Assembly: GCA_964016885.1 (NCBI GenBank)
Contig: OZ024742.1
Location: forward strand, 277,636,001-277,700,000
Length of the DNA stretch: 64,000 bases
Origin: Eledone cirrhosa
Taxonomy: Eukaryota
Reading direction: 5' to 3'
Made by a program: the position numbers and the translations under genes. Position 1 is the first letter of the stretch. The number at the start of each line of letters is the position of its first letter. Under the pieces are notes generated by a model. That model made no database searches, was not told where the DNA came from, and worked only from the letters and a program-made list of their open reading frames with translations. Positions 1 to 14,857 of this stretch are shown here, piece after piece.

Positions 1-427
1 TGGCTTCTACAGTACGTTTCATTTTCATTTTTAAATTACAATTGCTCTATATTAAATTTAAATAATTCTATAACGATCATACAGTACTGTTTTATGAAAT
101 TCTGCAGTAGAATATTACGAAATGCCAAACCGAAAAAGGTAAGTGTTTTCTAACAAAAGAAATAAAACCCTTACATTGCGGACCCCCTGTTCTAATACTG
201 GGGTTAGTTATTTCCCCCTCTTCTAATAAACGTCTAATATATAGAGGCCCATCTTGCTGACCAGGGCAATCAAAGTGTAAACTATCATACAAACCTTCAC
301 GTCGCTCCACTTCTCATTGTACGTCGTCCAGCCCCAAGTGCATATTTCTATTTTTGTTCCTGAAACTGCTTCTTTATAATAAACTTTCAATAATATTTTT
401 CAAATTATTAACTTAATAAAAATTGGC

Positions 428-455
428 CTCGGGTGCCACCGGGCTCAGCTGCTAG

Positions 456-456
<1 letters not shown>
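428..456 (+). mobile_element. Helitron-type 3' terminus (GC hairpin + CTAG) abutting (TA)n
   Basis: ctcgg-gtgcca-ccggg hairpin, 8-nt spacer, CTAGT; same pattern at 32263-32291 (+) and 34521-34549 (-). Confidence 0.55.
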
Positions 457-502
<46 letters not shown>

Positions 503-569
503 AATGAAAGATAAAGGCAGTCAACAGATAATATGAATGTTGAGAGTATTTATACTTACAGTCCGACTT

Positions 570-890
570 AACTTTGGATTACCAGCGGTTTCAAGACGTA
601 GACACACATATCTCATCAGATGCATTGGAAAATAAGTGAAAACAAAATGGAGAATGGACAGTATTAAGGAGATGCTTGAGGCTCTTCCTGGGGACACTGT
701 CAAGGTCGCATGTGCCAGATTCCGGAGCCAGATTAAGGCCGTAGTGGACTCTTTGAGTCGATTTTCTCTAATGATTGTTTTAATCTTTATGCCACTTTCT
801 ATTTTTCAAATAAATTTATTTTTGGCTGAGAGATCCATTTTTCTACCCCCTAAAAAAAAAACCTGTCAAATTTAGCCGAAACACCCTGTA
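570..890 (+). mobile_element. Tc1/mariner transposase 3' relic with right TIR
   Basis: SPDL..LDY-like remnant, VKVACARFRSQIKAVV C-terminal motif, ends ...gccgaaacaccctgTA. Confidence 0.7.
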
Positions 891-902
891 TCATACATAT
901 AT

Positions 903-1605
903 ATAGGATTTCGCTTCAAGCATAGCTTTATACAATATGTATAAATATTTTGTATCTCCAAAGAAATACAGTTTTAGGAAGCCGTAGCTATGCAAACACC
1001 GGGGGGCTAACGCCCTCTGGTGATGTCCAGCAGAAGCAAGGGGGACAACCGTCTAAGCATTTCAGGCTTAACTGGCCTTCGTCAGAACGGTCCCTCCCAC
1101 CGCTTGCGACTGATGGACTAGAACACAGCTGAAAATATATACTTTTCTCGTCTGTGTAAATGAGGTGATTAATCTCATTTGCATATGAAGCTGCATAAGT
1201 TGGCTATACAATATGTATAAATATTTTGTATCTCCAAAGAAATACATGTATTTCTTTGGAGATACAAAATATTTATACATATTGTATAAAAACTATGCTT
1301 GAAGCGAAATCCTATTTCTTTTTTATTATAAGTTGAGCCAACTTATGCAGTTTCATATGCAAATGAGATTAATCACCTCATTTACACAGACGAGAAAAGT
1401 ATATATTCTCAGCTGTCTTCTAGTCCAGCAGTCGCAAGCGGTGGGAGAGACCGTCCCGACGAAGGCCAGTTAAGCCTGAAATGCATAGACGGTTGTCCCC
1501 CTTGCTTCTGCTGGACATCACCAGAGGGCGTTAGCCCCCCGATGTTTGCATAGCTACGGCTTCCTAAATCTGTATTTCTTTGGAGATACAAAATATTTAT
1601 ACATA
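903..1605. mobile_element. Fold-back retrozyme-like element, family A (about 324-nt monomer)
   Basis: Inverted arms centred at 1246/1247; plus arm has terminal direct repeat at 1247 and 1571; HHR in each arm; TA-rich flanks. Confidence 0.75.
1048..1091 (-). ncRNA. Type I hammerhead ribozyme motif
   Basis: accgtt CTGACGA aggc-cagttaa-gcct GAAA tgct TA gacggt; mirror copy 1450-1493 (+) has CCGACGA and palindromic stem III ATGCAT. Confidence 0.8.
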
Positions 1606-1739
1606 TATATATGTATATATATATATATAATAAAGTATATATCCCTACACGCAAAAAGCGTCTAGGAACACATGTATTGCCCAACCATATGCCAATGTGG
1701 TTCAATGGCAGGTTAATAAATTAACGAGCGAGAACATAT

Positions 1740-2140
1740 ATAATCAAGGTTTAGCAAATAAGAAAAAGTTTTAAAATAAATTTTAAAAAATTCGCTGTAC
1801 TCACTGTCGTTCTGACTGCTACCAGTTATAGTGGTAGTAGACTGACCTCCCTGCCTTTGCTTCTATCTTTACACACGGTACTGGACGGAATTGCTTCCAT
1901 ATCATTTATTCTCATCTCGGGAACAATTTTGAGCGCCAGTTCGTAATTTGAACTCGGGAATTTTATATTCTCCGAGTCAAAAGATCCTTCTGACGAGAGT
2001 TTATATTTGCAATGGAAGGCCGCAAGGACTGTCCATTTATTTTTGAGACTCGAAACCGATTCGGTAAAGGTAACCATAGTGAGTACAGCGAATTTTTTAA
2101 AATTTATTTTGAAACTTTTTCTTATTTGCTAAACCTTGAT

Positions 2141-2143
<3 letters not shown>
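1740..2143 (+). mobile_element. HHR-bearing module with about 65-bp inverted ends
   Basis: 1740-1805 is the reverse complement of 2078-2143; TA-rich flanks. Confidence 0.7.
1986..2070 (+). ncRNA. Type I hammerhead ribozyme motif with extended stem II
   Basis: cctt CTGACGA gagttt...agactc GAAA ccg-att-cgg TA aagg: intact core, all three stems pair. Confidence 0.85.
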
Positions 2144-2185
<42 letters not shown>

Positions 2186-2254
2186 CTATACCTACAGACA
2201 CATATATATATATACATACACACACACACACACATATATATATATTATAATAAT

Positions 2255-2468
2255 AATAGTTTCTTATATAAGCACAAGGCCAGCAATTTTTTGGGGAGGG
2301 GAAAGTCGATTAAATCGACCGCAGTGCGTGACTAGTGTTTTATATCGACCCAGTAAGGACGAAAGGCAAAGCTAACCTCGGCGGGGTTTGAACTCAGAAC
2401 GTTAAGGGCCGTAACTCTATACTGCGAAGCATCTTGTCCGACGCTCTACCGATTCTACTAATCCATTG
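2255..2468 (-). mobile_element. tRNA-derived SINE (main family)
   Basis: Similar to 35160-35380; B-box gagttcaaaccc on minus strand. Confidence 0.85.
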
Positions 2469-2837
2469 ACGAGGTGTCAAAATTTCATAAAATTTATTGA
2501 GGTGTGACGCGCGTTTGATCTGTGTCGATCGGGCCCGTCTCTGGAATCAAAAGCTCACCAGACTTCTGTTAACGTATATATATAGATATATAAAATATAT
2601 ATATATATATATATATATATACGCGCAGCATAAAAGGTTGATGCACATAGAACCTATTGCGAAAGTATGTAAAACACGCATACAAACGCATAAATCTCGC
2701 GCGCATATATGTATATACATCTAAATATACATACAGACACCACATATGTATATACATAAATATGTGCACGTACATATGGATTAATACAACTCCACACACA
2801 ACACACAGATGCATATTACTTTTATATATACATATAT

Positions 2838-2891
<54 letters not shown>

Positions 2892-2899
2892 TATATATA

Positions 2900-3200
2900 C
2901 GAGAGTAAAACAACGAACCGCAGAGGACACGTATCGCTCCTCTCCGACAGATAACCTTCTCCACCCCCGGAAAACCCCCCAGTTGATGGATGTGAATCCG
3001 AAATATAGGGAAAATTAAATCTCTCCCAAGGTAACTCTATTTCGTGTTATTATTTTTATTTTTTACACTCTTTCCTACATCCTTCTACACACTATACATC
3101 TCATTCTACATTCACTTACATCTCTTTCTTTTCACCACCGGATCTTGTTACCCGGAGAATTACACAGCTGCATTGTTGAGGCTTCCAAAACGCCCAAAAC
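2900..3200 (+). mobile_element. Diverged solo pseudo-LTR related to the PLE at 36895-40888
   Basis: Shares ccagttgatggatgtgaatccgaaatata, ctctcccaaggtaactct and caccaccggatcttgttac with 40520-40840. Confidence 0.8.
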
Positions 3201-3329
3201 ATATATATATATACGTTTTATATATATGTGTGTGCGTGTGTGTGTGTGTGTATGTGATTGTGTGTGTATACACACACATATATATATATATATTCGATCA
3301 TTACTACTAGGGTAAGGAGTCGACGTTAA

Positions 3330-3534
<205 letters not shown>

Positions 3535-3694
3535 AATAAATAATATATCTGAATTCAGTACTTTTTTCCAAGGCCAAGTAAATAATAACACAATAACTCA
3601 AAGCACTATACGTTTTATATATAGTTCATCATTCCTATATCCACAGATAATGCGTTTTGTATCATGCACATCACCAGAACAAACGTTAGAAAAT

Positions 3695-4235
3695 TGGTAA
3701 TTCAACGAAAAGTGAGGAAGAAGGAGTCAAGTTCCTGAAATCAATGAACATAAGTTCTGTGAAATCGTGGACGAGAGAGAATAAAGACCATCCAACCTGG
3801 TCAAAATGTGAGTAAGGAAAGAATTTCGCACAGGTCAAACGGGAGGAAGAAGGAGTCAAATCCCTGAAATCGATGAACATAAGTTCTGTAAAATCGTAGA
3901 CGAGAGAGAATAACAGGTTGGATGGTCTTTATTCTCTCTCGTCAACGATTTCACAGAACTTATGTTCATCGATTTCAGGGACTTGACTCCTTCTTCCTCA
4001 CTTTTCGTTGCATTACCATCTTTGTTTGTTTACTGTCTCGCTCGTTCCCCCTATTTACGTGTCCCAACGACTTTCTTTAGCCGTTGCTCGCACCAACCAG
4101 AGGTATATGGTCTTTAAAGCGATGAAATACCAATGAAGGCTGGAAGATCACTGATGAAGGACTAAATTTATTCACATATATATATTATGAAATACTGTTG
4201 GCTTCACGCTCACAATCATTTCTATACTTTCATTT
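3695..4235. repeat. Tandem-plus-inverted module
   Basis: gaggaagaaggagtcaa...gacgagagagaataa occurs twice (about 3714, 3843) and once inverted (3914-4018); lone CTGATGA at 4151. Confidence 0.7.
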
Positions 4236-4251
4236 ATATATATATATATAA

Positions 4252-4735
<484 letters not shown>

Positions 4736-4790
4736 TCGGTTTCAACACACGTTTTCAGATAAAGAATTTTGCTAAACAAATTCAGAAACG

Positions 4791-4863
<73 letters not shown>

Positions 4864-4883
4864 TATATATATATATATGTATG

Positions 4884-6180
4884 TATAATAACTAGAAATT
4901 GATTAACATATTACACAACGAGAACAAATCCTCATCTGGCCGCTACCACGTGTTGTGTCTACACATGATAGCAGGTTCGTTTCAGTGGCGTGAATAGGTA
5001 TTCGACAACTAGAAATAGCAGTCAAATTCTCTTCAACAGAAATAGCTCTACAATTAAGGAGCCGTATATATATATCTATATCCAAAATTAAGATAAATTA
5101 AATGAATTTAATCTAAATCGAAATTGTGGGTGTCAAGTCATAAGGGCATGCGCCATATCGTCTGGAAATAAAGTTGTCGAATACCTATTTACGCCACTGA
5201 AACGAACCTGCTAGCATGTGTAGACACAACACGTGGTAGCGGCCAGATGAGGATTTGTGCTCGTTATGTAAGGATGGATAGCTGGCCATTATTATTCTTC
5301 CTCGTTGACAATCCAATAATATCCACTTTCCGTGACTTACCATCTGATTAATTGGTGAAATATATTTCTTTAATGGGATATATACAAGGAAGGTTAATCA
5401 TACTTAAAGGTATAAATTTAATTATTACCCAAACTAGCTATCTGTGGTTACACGCGTGTAAAAATTATCTCCTGTGATTATTCATGTATATTTATATGTT
5501 AATCAATTTCTAGTTATTATAAAATGCTCGGATTTATCTTTGAGCTTATTTCCAGGCGATATGGTGCATGCCGTTATGACATGACACCCACAATTTCGAT
5601 TTAGATTAAATTCATTTAATTTATCTTAATCTTGGATATAGATATATATATACGGCTCCTTAATTGTAGAACTATTTCTGTTGAAGAGAATTTGACTGCT
5701 ATTTCTAGTTGTCGAATACCTATTCACGCCACTGAAACGAACCTGCTATCATGTGTAGACACAACACGTGGTAGCGGCCAGATGAGGATTTGTGCTCGTT
5801 GTGTAAGGATGGATAGCTGGCCATTATTATTCTTCCTCGTTGACAATCCAATAATATCCACTTTCCGTGACTTACCATCTGATTAATTGGTGAAATATAT
5901 TTCTTTAATGGGATATATACAAGGAAGGTTAATCATACTTAAAGGTATAAATTTAATTATTACCCAAACTAGCTATGCGTGGTTACACGCGTGTAAAAAT
6001 TATCTCCTGTGATTATTCATGTATATTTATATGTTAATCAATTTCTAGTTATTATAAAATGCTCGGATTTTTCTTTGAGCTTATTTCCAGGTGATATGGC
6101 GCATGCCGTTATGACATGACATCCACAATTTCGATTTAGATTAAATTCATTTAATTTATCTTAATTTTGGATATAGATAT
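4884..6180. mobile_element. Family C: inverted arm plus about 1.9 tandem copies of a 535-bp monomer, inside (TA)n
   Basis: Period 535 (5173 vs 5708); 4884-5172 is inverted relative to the array. Confidence 0.75.
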
Positions 6181-6197
6181 ATATATATATGTATGTA

Positions 6198-6286
<89 letters not shown>

Positions 6287-6365
6287 TGAACGGGAACAAA
6301 ACAGAGAGGCAGTACGAACAAAGGTTTATTAGTTTCACGCTCTTGAGAGTGGGGTGGTGGTGGGG

Positions 6366-6397
6366 AACGACGTTTCGGGCATAAGCTCTTCTTCAGG
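6366..6397 (-). ncRNA. Degenerate hammerhead motif at the end of a GT-rich tract
   Basis: CTGAAGA a gagc-ttat-gccc GAAA cgtcg TT; stem I does not pair. Confidence 0.45.
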
Positions 6398-6529
6398 TGA
6401 AAAGTGTGTGGGAAAAGAGTTCCAAGGGTGTGTAGGGGAGTGGTGGAGAGACATATAGAAAAAAGGGGTGAGAGGAAACGGTACAAATGAAATTAAATAT
6501 AAAAGCATAATAAAAATAAAAATAAACAT

Positions 6530-6619
6530 GAAGTAAAACAGGTGGTGGAAGTGTGTGGGGCGTGTAGGGGTGGTGGCGGGTGGAGTGGGGAGGGCTGAAG
6601 GTGGTGTGTGTGTAAGTGT

Positions 6620-6656
<37 letters not shown>

Positions 6657-7860
6657 TAAGAGTTGGGGGAAGAACGGGGTTGCATGTTCGGGAAGAGGTG
6701 TGTGTGGGGTGGGGTGTAGGTCGGTGTGTGTGTGTGTGCGTGTGTGGATGGGGAGGGGTCAGAGGGGTGGGGGGAGAAGATTCCGGAGGCTGAGTGTGTA
6801 AATATGTGGTGGTACGCACGTGTGTGTGTGGTGTTTATGCGTGTTGTGGATGTAGGTGGCGTGTGGGAAAAAAATGTTTTGCGTGTATGTTAGTGGGTGA
6901 GTCGTTAAGGTAGTTCCGTAGAGGATGTGGTGGAATGCTGGGTAATATCCTTGGGATGTGGTGGATTCTAGGGATCGATGGTCAATATGTGTAATCCGTG
7001 GTTGGTCGGAAGAGGGGAGATGTGGGGTGCGCGCGCAACAGGAAGTGGTCAGAGGGTCAAGTCAGGAGGAGGGTTGTGTATCTGTGTGTGCGGGGAGGTG
7101 GTCAGAGATAAGGGCATAGCAGCAGTCGGGTAGAATGGTAAGTGAAGAAAGTCGGTGTGTCAGTGTGTGCGGAGGTGCGGTGGACAGGAGAGAGGATGGG
7201 TAGGTTTGAAAGTTGGAGTGGGGAGGGGGTGTGTGTGTATTAGTAGAGGTGTTAGTGGGATGTGTGTGTGTGTGGGAAAGGGTGTGGGTGGAGCGGGGAG
7301 AGAAGGGTGTGGGGGCCGGTGGAGGGAGTGTAGTGTACTGGTGTGTGTGTGCGTGTTTGGATGAGTGTGTGTGTGGTGAGGGGGTGTTAGTGGGTGTTAG
7401 TATACTGGAGGTGGGGAAAGGGTTGAATGCGGGTGTGAGTGGGGGTCAGTGGTGGTAGGGTGTGTAGAGTGGGTGGTGTAAGTGGGTGTGTGTGTTCGTG
7501 TGCGTAGGGTTGGGGGTGTTAGTGATGTTAGTTGCGTGTAGAGTGGGTGGTATAAGTGGGTGTGTGTGTTCGTGTGCGTGGGGTCGGGGGGTGTTAGTGA
7601 TGTTAGTTGTGGGGTGGTGGGGTGGATGTGTGGGGGTGAGGGTTAGTGGCTGTAGTAGGGTGTGTTTAGTGTGAGCGCGTGTATATATGTACCGGTGGGT
7701 GTGTGCGTGTGATAAGGGGAGAAGAAGGGAGGGATGTTAGTATGTTAGTTGGGGAAGGGTGGTCGGGTGTGGGGTGGAGGTGTTAGTATTGTTAGTTGTG
7801 GGGTGTGTTAGCGGTGTTAGTGGGGGATATGTGTGATGGGGGGGGGGGGGCGGCGGTCGA
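6530..7860. repeat. GT/G-rich low-complexity tract
   Basis: Degenerate (GT)n/(GGT)n; strong G/C strand skew. Confidence 0.85.
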
Positions 7861-7886
7861 AGGCTAAAGGAATCAGGGTGGGGAGT

Positions 7887-7918
<32 letters not shown>

Positions 7919-8880
7919 GAAGTAATTCCGCCGGAAAAGTCCAGGTAAAAAGAGTGCTCTATGTAGGTAATATAGCTTAATAGTTATGTAATAAACAACA
8001 TAAGGCAATTATTCCATTTACCAGTGGTTTCTTAAAAGCAAAAAAATTTGCTTTCAATCATCAGAATGAAAAAATCCTGATGTATTTATTGATTATTGGA
8101 TTCTAAAAACAAAAATGCAATCTATATGAAAGTGAGGCTGGAGAAGGAAGAAGGAAAGGAAAAATAAAATAAAAACACACATGCAAACACACACACACAC
8201 GCACACAATTATATACATACACATATATATATACATACACACATACATACACACACACATATACACATATATATGTGTATATATATACATACACATACAT
8301 ATACACATACATACATACATACACACATAAATATCAACATATCCATACATACACATACATATATACAACCACACACATATATATATACATATATATATAG
8401 AAATATAAATATATATATATGCATACACATACACATACATAGCCATACACACATACATATACATACATACATACATACATACATACATACATACATACAT
8501 ACATACATACATACATACATACACACAATCATACGTATATACACACGTACATACACATACATACACATACATACACACATATATACATGCATACACATGC
8601 ATGCACAAAAATAGAAAAATATACACACACCTCTACATATTCACACACGCAAATAAATATAAGAAAAAATATATATAATAATAAAAGACATAAAAAAGAA
8701 AATAAAGACTATTATAAGTTGACAGCGATACAGGCAACAAATAAATGAACAAACACACGTGGTAAGCAATACACACAAATACACGTATACATACATACGT
8801 AAAAATAAATACATACACACACTCTCACACATAAATATACATATACAAATACATAAACACATACATACGCATACACAAAT

Positions 8881-8966
<86 letters not shown>

Positions 8967-9052
8967 ACACACACAGATACATATATACACACACATATAC
9001 ATACATATATATATATATATATATACACACACATATACATACATAGCCATAC

Positions 9053-9161
<109 letters not shown>

Positions 9162-9244
9162 TACATAGATAGCCATACAATTAAAAACAGCGGTTTTACA
9201 GAACAAATTTATTATTTACCTACTCCACCCCAAAACTAACCACA

Positions 9245-9936
9245 ATAACAGGAAAAGGAAAATTATTTGGTTTACACCCCCCTTCTCTCTAACTGTCAAA
9301 ACTAATGTAGGAAGGAAATTCCTTGAACTCTTAGATAAACATTTTCCTCCTAATCATAGATATTATAAGATATTTAATAGGAATGTAGTTAAGATCAGTT
9401 ACTCTTGTTGCCCATCTATGAAGTCCAAGATCACTAATTCAAATCATGCGAGAACAAATCCAGGATGCAGTTGCAGGAAGCCGGATGAATGCCCATTGCA
9501 GGGCGAATGTAACACCAAATCTGTTGTTTATGAGGCTAAAGTAACACCTTTAATCAACAACCAGCCAGCCAGGAGTGAGCGATATGTCGGCATGACCCAG
9601 GACAGGTTTAAAACCAGGTTTTATGCACATGTCGCTTCTTTTAAGCACTCCGATAAACGAAAATCAACGGCCCTCGCAAGTAAGGTGTGGGAATTCAAGG
9701 ATAAAAACATCCCGTACTCTATCGATTGGTCTATTTTAGACCATTCGAGGGAGTACCAAAGCGGCACAAAGAATTGTTCTTTGTGTACCACAGAAAAATA
9801 TAGGATTTTGCTAAACTTGAAAGCCACTTCTGCTTGCCTGAACTCAAAGACCGAGATCTTCAGATGTTGTCCTCATCTGAAATCACATCTGATCTGTAAC
9901 TGGATTGACATTTCTATGATAACTCAACCACCTTGA
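9245..9936 (+). pseudogene. PLE ORF C-terminus: linker + Cys motif + GIY-YIG endonuclease (Neptune/Nematis-like)
   Basis: RKRKIIWFTPPFSLTVKTNVGRKFL...IFNRNVVKISYSC, CSCRKPDECPLQGEC, VVYEA...YVGMT...FKTRFYAH. Confidence 0.9.
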
Positions 9937-10215
9937 ACTCCTTTTCTGCTCTTTACTTCCACTACGGTTTTTTTACCTGCTGAATCCACGTTCTGTACTC
10001 TTGAATTCTCTTTCTCCCTTATCTCCCCTTATATTTAAACCTTTTCCTATGTCATTTTCCCCCCTCTCCCCCCCCCTATTTTTTTGGCTTACCCTTCACA
10101 TACCAAACATTTTTTTATTTTTACATATTAATTTTTTATACTATGGTTTTGTGTGTTTTTATATAATAGCCTCAGAAAAGGCTTGAGCTCTGCCGTAGGG
10201 TCAGACTTTTTCCTA

Positions 10216-10258
<43 letters not shown>

Positions 10259-10713
10259 ACGTAATTGTATGTGTGTTTGTATTTCTGTGGTTGGTTTTTG
10301 TGTGTGTGTATGTATATATATTTATGTGTGTGTGCGTGTGCGTGTGTATATGTATATATGTATAAGGGTGTATGTATGTACATCATTACATATAGTGATT
10401 TGATGATTATTTTCATTGATCTTTTGCTCCAGGAACTTGCTGAGTGCTCTAGGTCTGCTATGGGCATTTATACCCTTTTCTAAATATATATTTTTTTATT
10501 TATTATTTGTCGTATTCCCAATTTTTTTTATATATACAATATTTATTTTATAATATATTTATGTTCTTTCTCATATATATATATATATATTGAGTTATAT
10601 ATGTATATATATGTGTGTGTGTGTGTACGTATGCATACGTATGTGTATGTATATATGTGTGTGTAGGTATAGATGTGTATGTTAGTATGTATGTATGTAT
10701 GTGTATGTATGTG

Positions 10714-10744
<31 letters not shown>

Positions 10745-10882
10745 TTTAGAGTTAAATAAGGTTTATATGAATTATCTAAGAATGAGTTTTACACACATAT
10801 ATATGTGTGTGTTTGTATTTGGTTGTGCATGTTTGTGATATGTACGTATTTGTATGTGTATAATTGTATGGCTATGTATGTA

Positions 10883-10937
<55 letters not shown>

Positions 10938-11749
10938 ATGTGTGTGTATATATGTATCTGTGTGTGTGTGTGTGTGTGTATTTGTGTATGCGTATGTATG
11001 TGTTTATGTATTTGTATATGTATATTTATGTGTGAGAGTGTGTGTATGTATTTATTTTACGTATGTATGTGTACGTGCATTTGTGTGTATTGCTTACCAT
11101 GTGTGTTTGTTCATTTATTTGTTGCCTGTATCGCTGTCAACTTTATAATAGTCTTTATTTTCTTTTTTATGTCTCTTATTATTATATATATTTTTTCTTA
11201 TATTTATTTGCGTGTGTGAATATGTAGAGGTGTGTGTATATTTTTCTATTTTTGTGCATGCATATGTATGCGTGTATATATGTGTGTATGTATGTGTATG
11301 TATGTACGTGTGTATATACGTATGATTGTGTGTATGTATGTATGTATGTATATGTATGTGTGTATGGCTATGTATGTGTATGTGTATGCATATATATATA
11401 TATATATTTCTATTTCTATATATATATGTATATATATGTGTGTGGTTGTATATATGTATGTGTATGTATGGATATGTTGATATTTATGTGTGTATGTCTG
11501 TATGTGTATATGTATGTGTATGTATATATATATACACATATATATGTGTATATGTGTGTATGTATGTGTGTATGTATATATATATATATGTGTGTATGTA
11601 TATAATTGTGTGTGTGTGTGTGTTTGCATGTGTGTTTGCATGTGTATTTTTATTTTATTTTTCCTTTCCTTCTTCCTTCTCCAGCCTCAATTTCATATAG
11701 ATCGCATTTTTGTTTTTAGAATCCAATATCAATAAATACACCAGGATTT

Positions 11750-11809
11750 TTTCATTCTGATGATTGAAAGCAAAATTTTTTGCTTTTAAGAAACCACTGG
11801 TAAATGGAA
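11750..11809 (+). ncRNA. Type I hammerhead ribozyme motif (mirror copy 8012-8071, minus)
   Basis: tttcatt CTGATGA ttgaaagca...tgcttttaa GAAA ccactgg TA aatggaa. Confidence 0.85.
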
Positions 11810-11838
11810 TAATTGCCTTATGTTTTTTATTACATAAC

Positions 11839-11925
<87 letters not shown>

Positions 11926-12534
11926 ATACTTGGGGAGGGTCATATTTGTGTAATATTGCCAGAATTAATAACAGAACACACTCACTGTTTGGTTGGTTTT
12001 CGCTTCTCGCTTCTGTGTCTTTTATATCGGTAATCTAATATACTCGGTCCTAAATGTTGCCATTGACTGACCGGCGGTCAAAAATAATACAGATACAATA
12101 TAGACACAAACACATATATATAGTTTATCATAAATCTTTCGTTGCACATCTGCAACATCGTCAGTGGTGCTATATTTTCCTCCTGTTGTATTGTATGTCT
12201 ACGCCATTTTTATTCAGTCTGTCTATATATTTATTTATTTATTTGCTTATTTGTTTATTTTATTATGTCTTCTTTGCGCATGCGTTTGCGTGTGTGTATA
12301 GGGTTTTGTTTGCTGTGTGATGGGTGACTAGTGTGTGTTTATGTGCTTGTTGTTATTGTGCTTGTGTATTTATTTACAGCACTCGGTATCAAACCTATCA
12401 AGTGCACGTCAGAGATTATCTTCTGTCGAACTAAGTAATACCATGCCGCCTGCAAAATCTAGCCGACTGATTCTACACTTCCAGTCGTGATACCACTCCT
12501 AACCCAGCTGCGCACGTCAGTCTTGTAAATGAAA

Positions 12535-12730
12535 ATAATTGTTTCTACTTTTGGCACAAGGCCAGCAATTATCTCAGTGTATTACTGGTACTTTATTTTA
12601 TCGACTCCGTAAGGATGAAAGGCAAAGTTAACCTCGGCGTGATTTGAATTCAGACCATAAAGGGCTGTAACTCTTTGCTGCAAACTATGGCGCCCGACCC
12701 TCTACCGATATTGCCAATCCACCGCCCTTT
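12535..12730 (-). mobile_element. tRNA-derived SINE (main family)
   Basis: Same core as 35160-35380. Confidence 0.9.
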
Positions 12731-12954
12731 GTTCATGAAAATAAGGATCAGTGGAGGTGACAGTACGCACCCTTGACGTAGTCTGACTCACATTGAATGG
12801 TTTCGATTTAGCGCCATTTATTCGAACACAAATACACGGGCATTCTTATAAAGACATCAGGGCAACACCAAGTTGACCATCGATCCCATACTCCTGCAAA
12901 ATCTGCCACAGCAGATTTCGAGGTACGCGGTAACATGCAGGAAATAAACACCTA

Positions 12955-14340
12955 AGTGTGGTCAATATAAGAAAAGGAATATTTCAAGGAGATTCCTCCT
13001 CACCATTGCTTTTTGTGATTGCCATAATTCCACTATCAATGGTTTTACGGGATACAGATATTGTCTCTCAGATAAAAAACAGAAGACCTAAAATCAATCA
13101 TTTACTTTTCATGGATGATCTGAAGCTTCTTGGCAAGAATGAATATCAGGTTGATTCATTGACGGAGGTTGGTATTTCAAAGTGCGCCACTCTAATCTAT
13201 GAAGAGAAGTAGACAAGTGGGATTGAGGTACATGATGGAGAGTTTCTTGATCATTCTGAGGGTAGAGGTACACATATCTGGGCAATTTGGAGCTGGACAG
13301 AGTTTTAAACGTGACAATGAAAGGAAAAGTGAAGGAAGTCTCTAAATCTGTTAAGACTGCTACTGAAAACGAAATTGAATGGGATGAACTTAATAACCGT
13401 TGTCGATGTTTGGGCTGTGTCAGTTATTGTATATAGTGTAGCTATTTCGAAATGGGCCAAAGAAGAAATAGAGAAGTTGGAAAGGCTAAGGAAAATAGTT
13501 AACAATGGTGTATTGGACCCAAAGGCAAATGTATGAGTATGGAGTTACATGGTTAATTTGAAAGAGAATAGAAGGAATTAAAAGTAGATCTTCATGGAAT
13601 TGGTTGACAAAAGGTGATTTAATAGAGACAGAATGTTTATTAATAGCTGTTCAAGATCAAGTACTAAGCACAAACGCAATAAGGAATATGTATAACCCAA
13701 ATAAAACAAACTTAGTGTTGGCTATGTAGGAAGAAGGTGGAAAGTGTGACACACATCGAGTCTGTGAAATGCTTGCGAGGAGGGAATATAAAAGATGTCA
13801 CTATAAAGTGTGTTTGTGCCTCCATTGGTCTTTATGCAAGAAATTATAGGTTTGTAACCACAGAGAAATGGTATCAGCACAAACCAGAGAAGGTCCTAGA
13901 AAATCAGACTGTGAAACGCTTGTGGGACTTTACAATCTAGACAGAAAGAGTTCTTGAAAATACAAGGCAAGACATAACTTAGGTGGATAAAGATATTGAA
14001 AAGAGATGTTTGTTGCCCAGGAAACCATTACATCAATGGTAAAGAACAAGAGAAAATTCTAAAGTATACAGACTTAAGAATAAATGTCAAGAGATTGTGG
14101 AATTTGAAAACAAGAGTGGTACCAGTTGGGATTGGGATACTTGGGGTCGAGGACAGAAAACCCCCAGAAAAACCTTGATAGAATTGGAATCAGTTCCAAC
14201 GTTACGACATTGCAGAAAACAACACTTGTGGGAAAAGAATATATCCTGCGGAAAGTACTGTCTATTTGACATTACATAACTTGATAGAGACTCAATTAAA
14301 TGATCCAGTGTTAATAAGATTATCATTGTGAAAATGTATA
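12955..14340 (+). mobile_element. Decayed R4/Dong-clade non-LTR retrotransposon (RT + restriction-like endonuclease)
   Basis: GIFQGDSSSPLLF, INHLLFMDDLKL, IAVQDQVL, WYQHKPEKVLEN..LWDFTI; many frameshifts. Confidence 0.85.
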
Positions 14341-14354
14341 TGAATAATGATAAT

Positions 14355-14715
14355 AATGATTTCTACTATAGGCACAAGGCCAGTAATTTCCCCACTACAT
14401 TACTGGTACTTTATTTTACCGACCCCGTAAGGATGAACGGCAAAATTAACCTCAGCGGGATTTGAACTCAGAACGCAAAGGGCTATAACTCTATGCTGCA
14501 AAGCATGGTATCTGACGCTCTACCGATACTGCCAATCAACCGCCCTTGTATATGAATAATGATAATAATTGTTTCTACTCTAGGCACAAGGCCAGAAATT
14601 ACCCAGTGTATTACTGGTACTTTATTTTATCGACCCCGTCAGGATGAAAGGCAAAGTTAACCTCGACGGGATTTGAACTCAGACCGTAAAGGGACGTAAC
14701 TATGCTAGAAAGCAT
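14355..14715 (-). mobile_element. Two adjacent SINE copies (main family)
   Basis: 14355-14547 complete; 14565-14715 lacks its 5' end. Confidence 0.9.
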
Positions 14716-14769
14716 ATGATAATAATGATTTCTGATAATAATGATAATGACAATGACGATATAAAAAAA

Positions 14770-14826
14770 TAATGGTGTTTCAAATAGCGATGATGATGAT
14801 ACAAAGAATAATGATGTTGAAAATAG

Positions 14827-14857
<31 letters not shown>

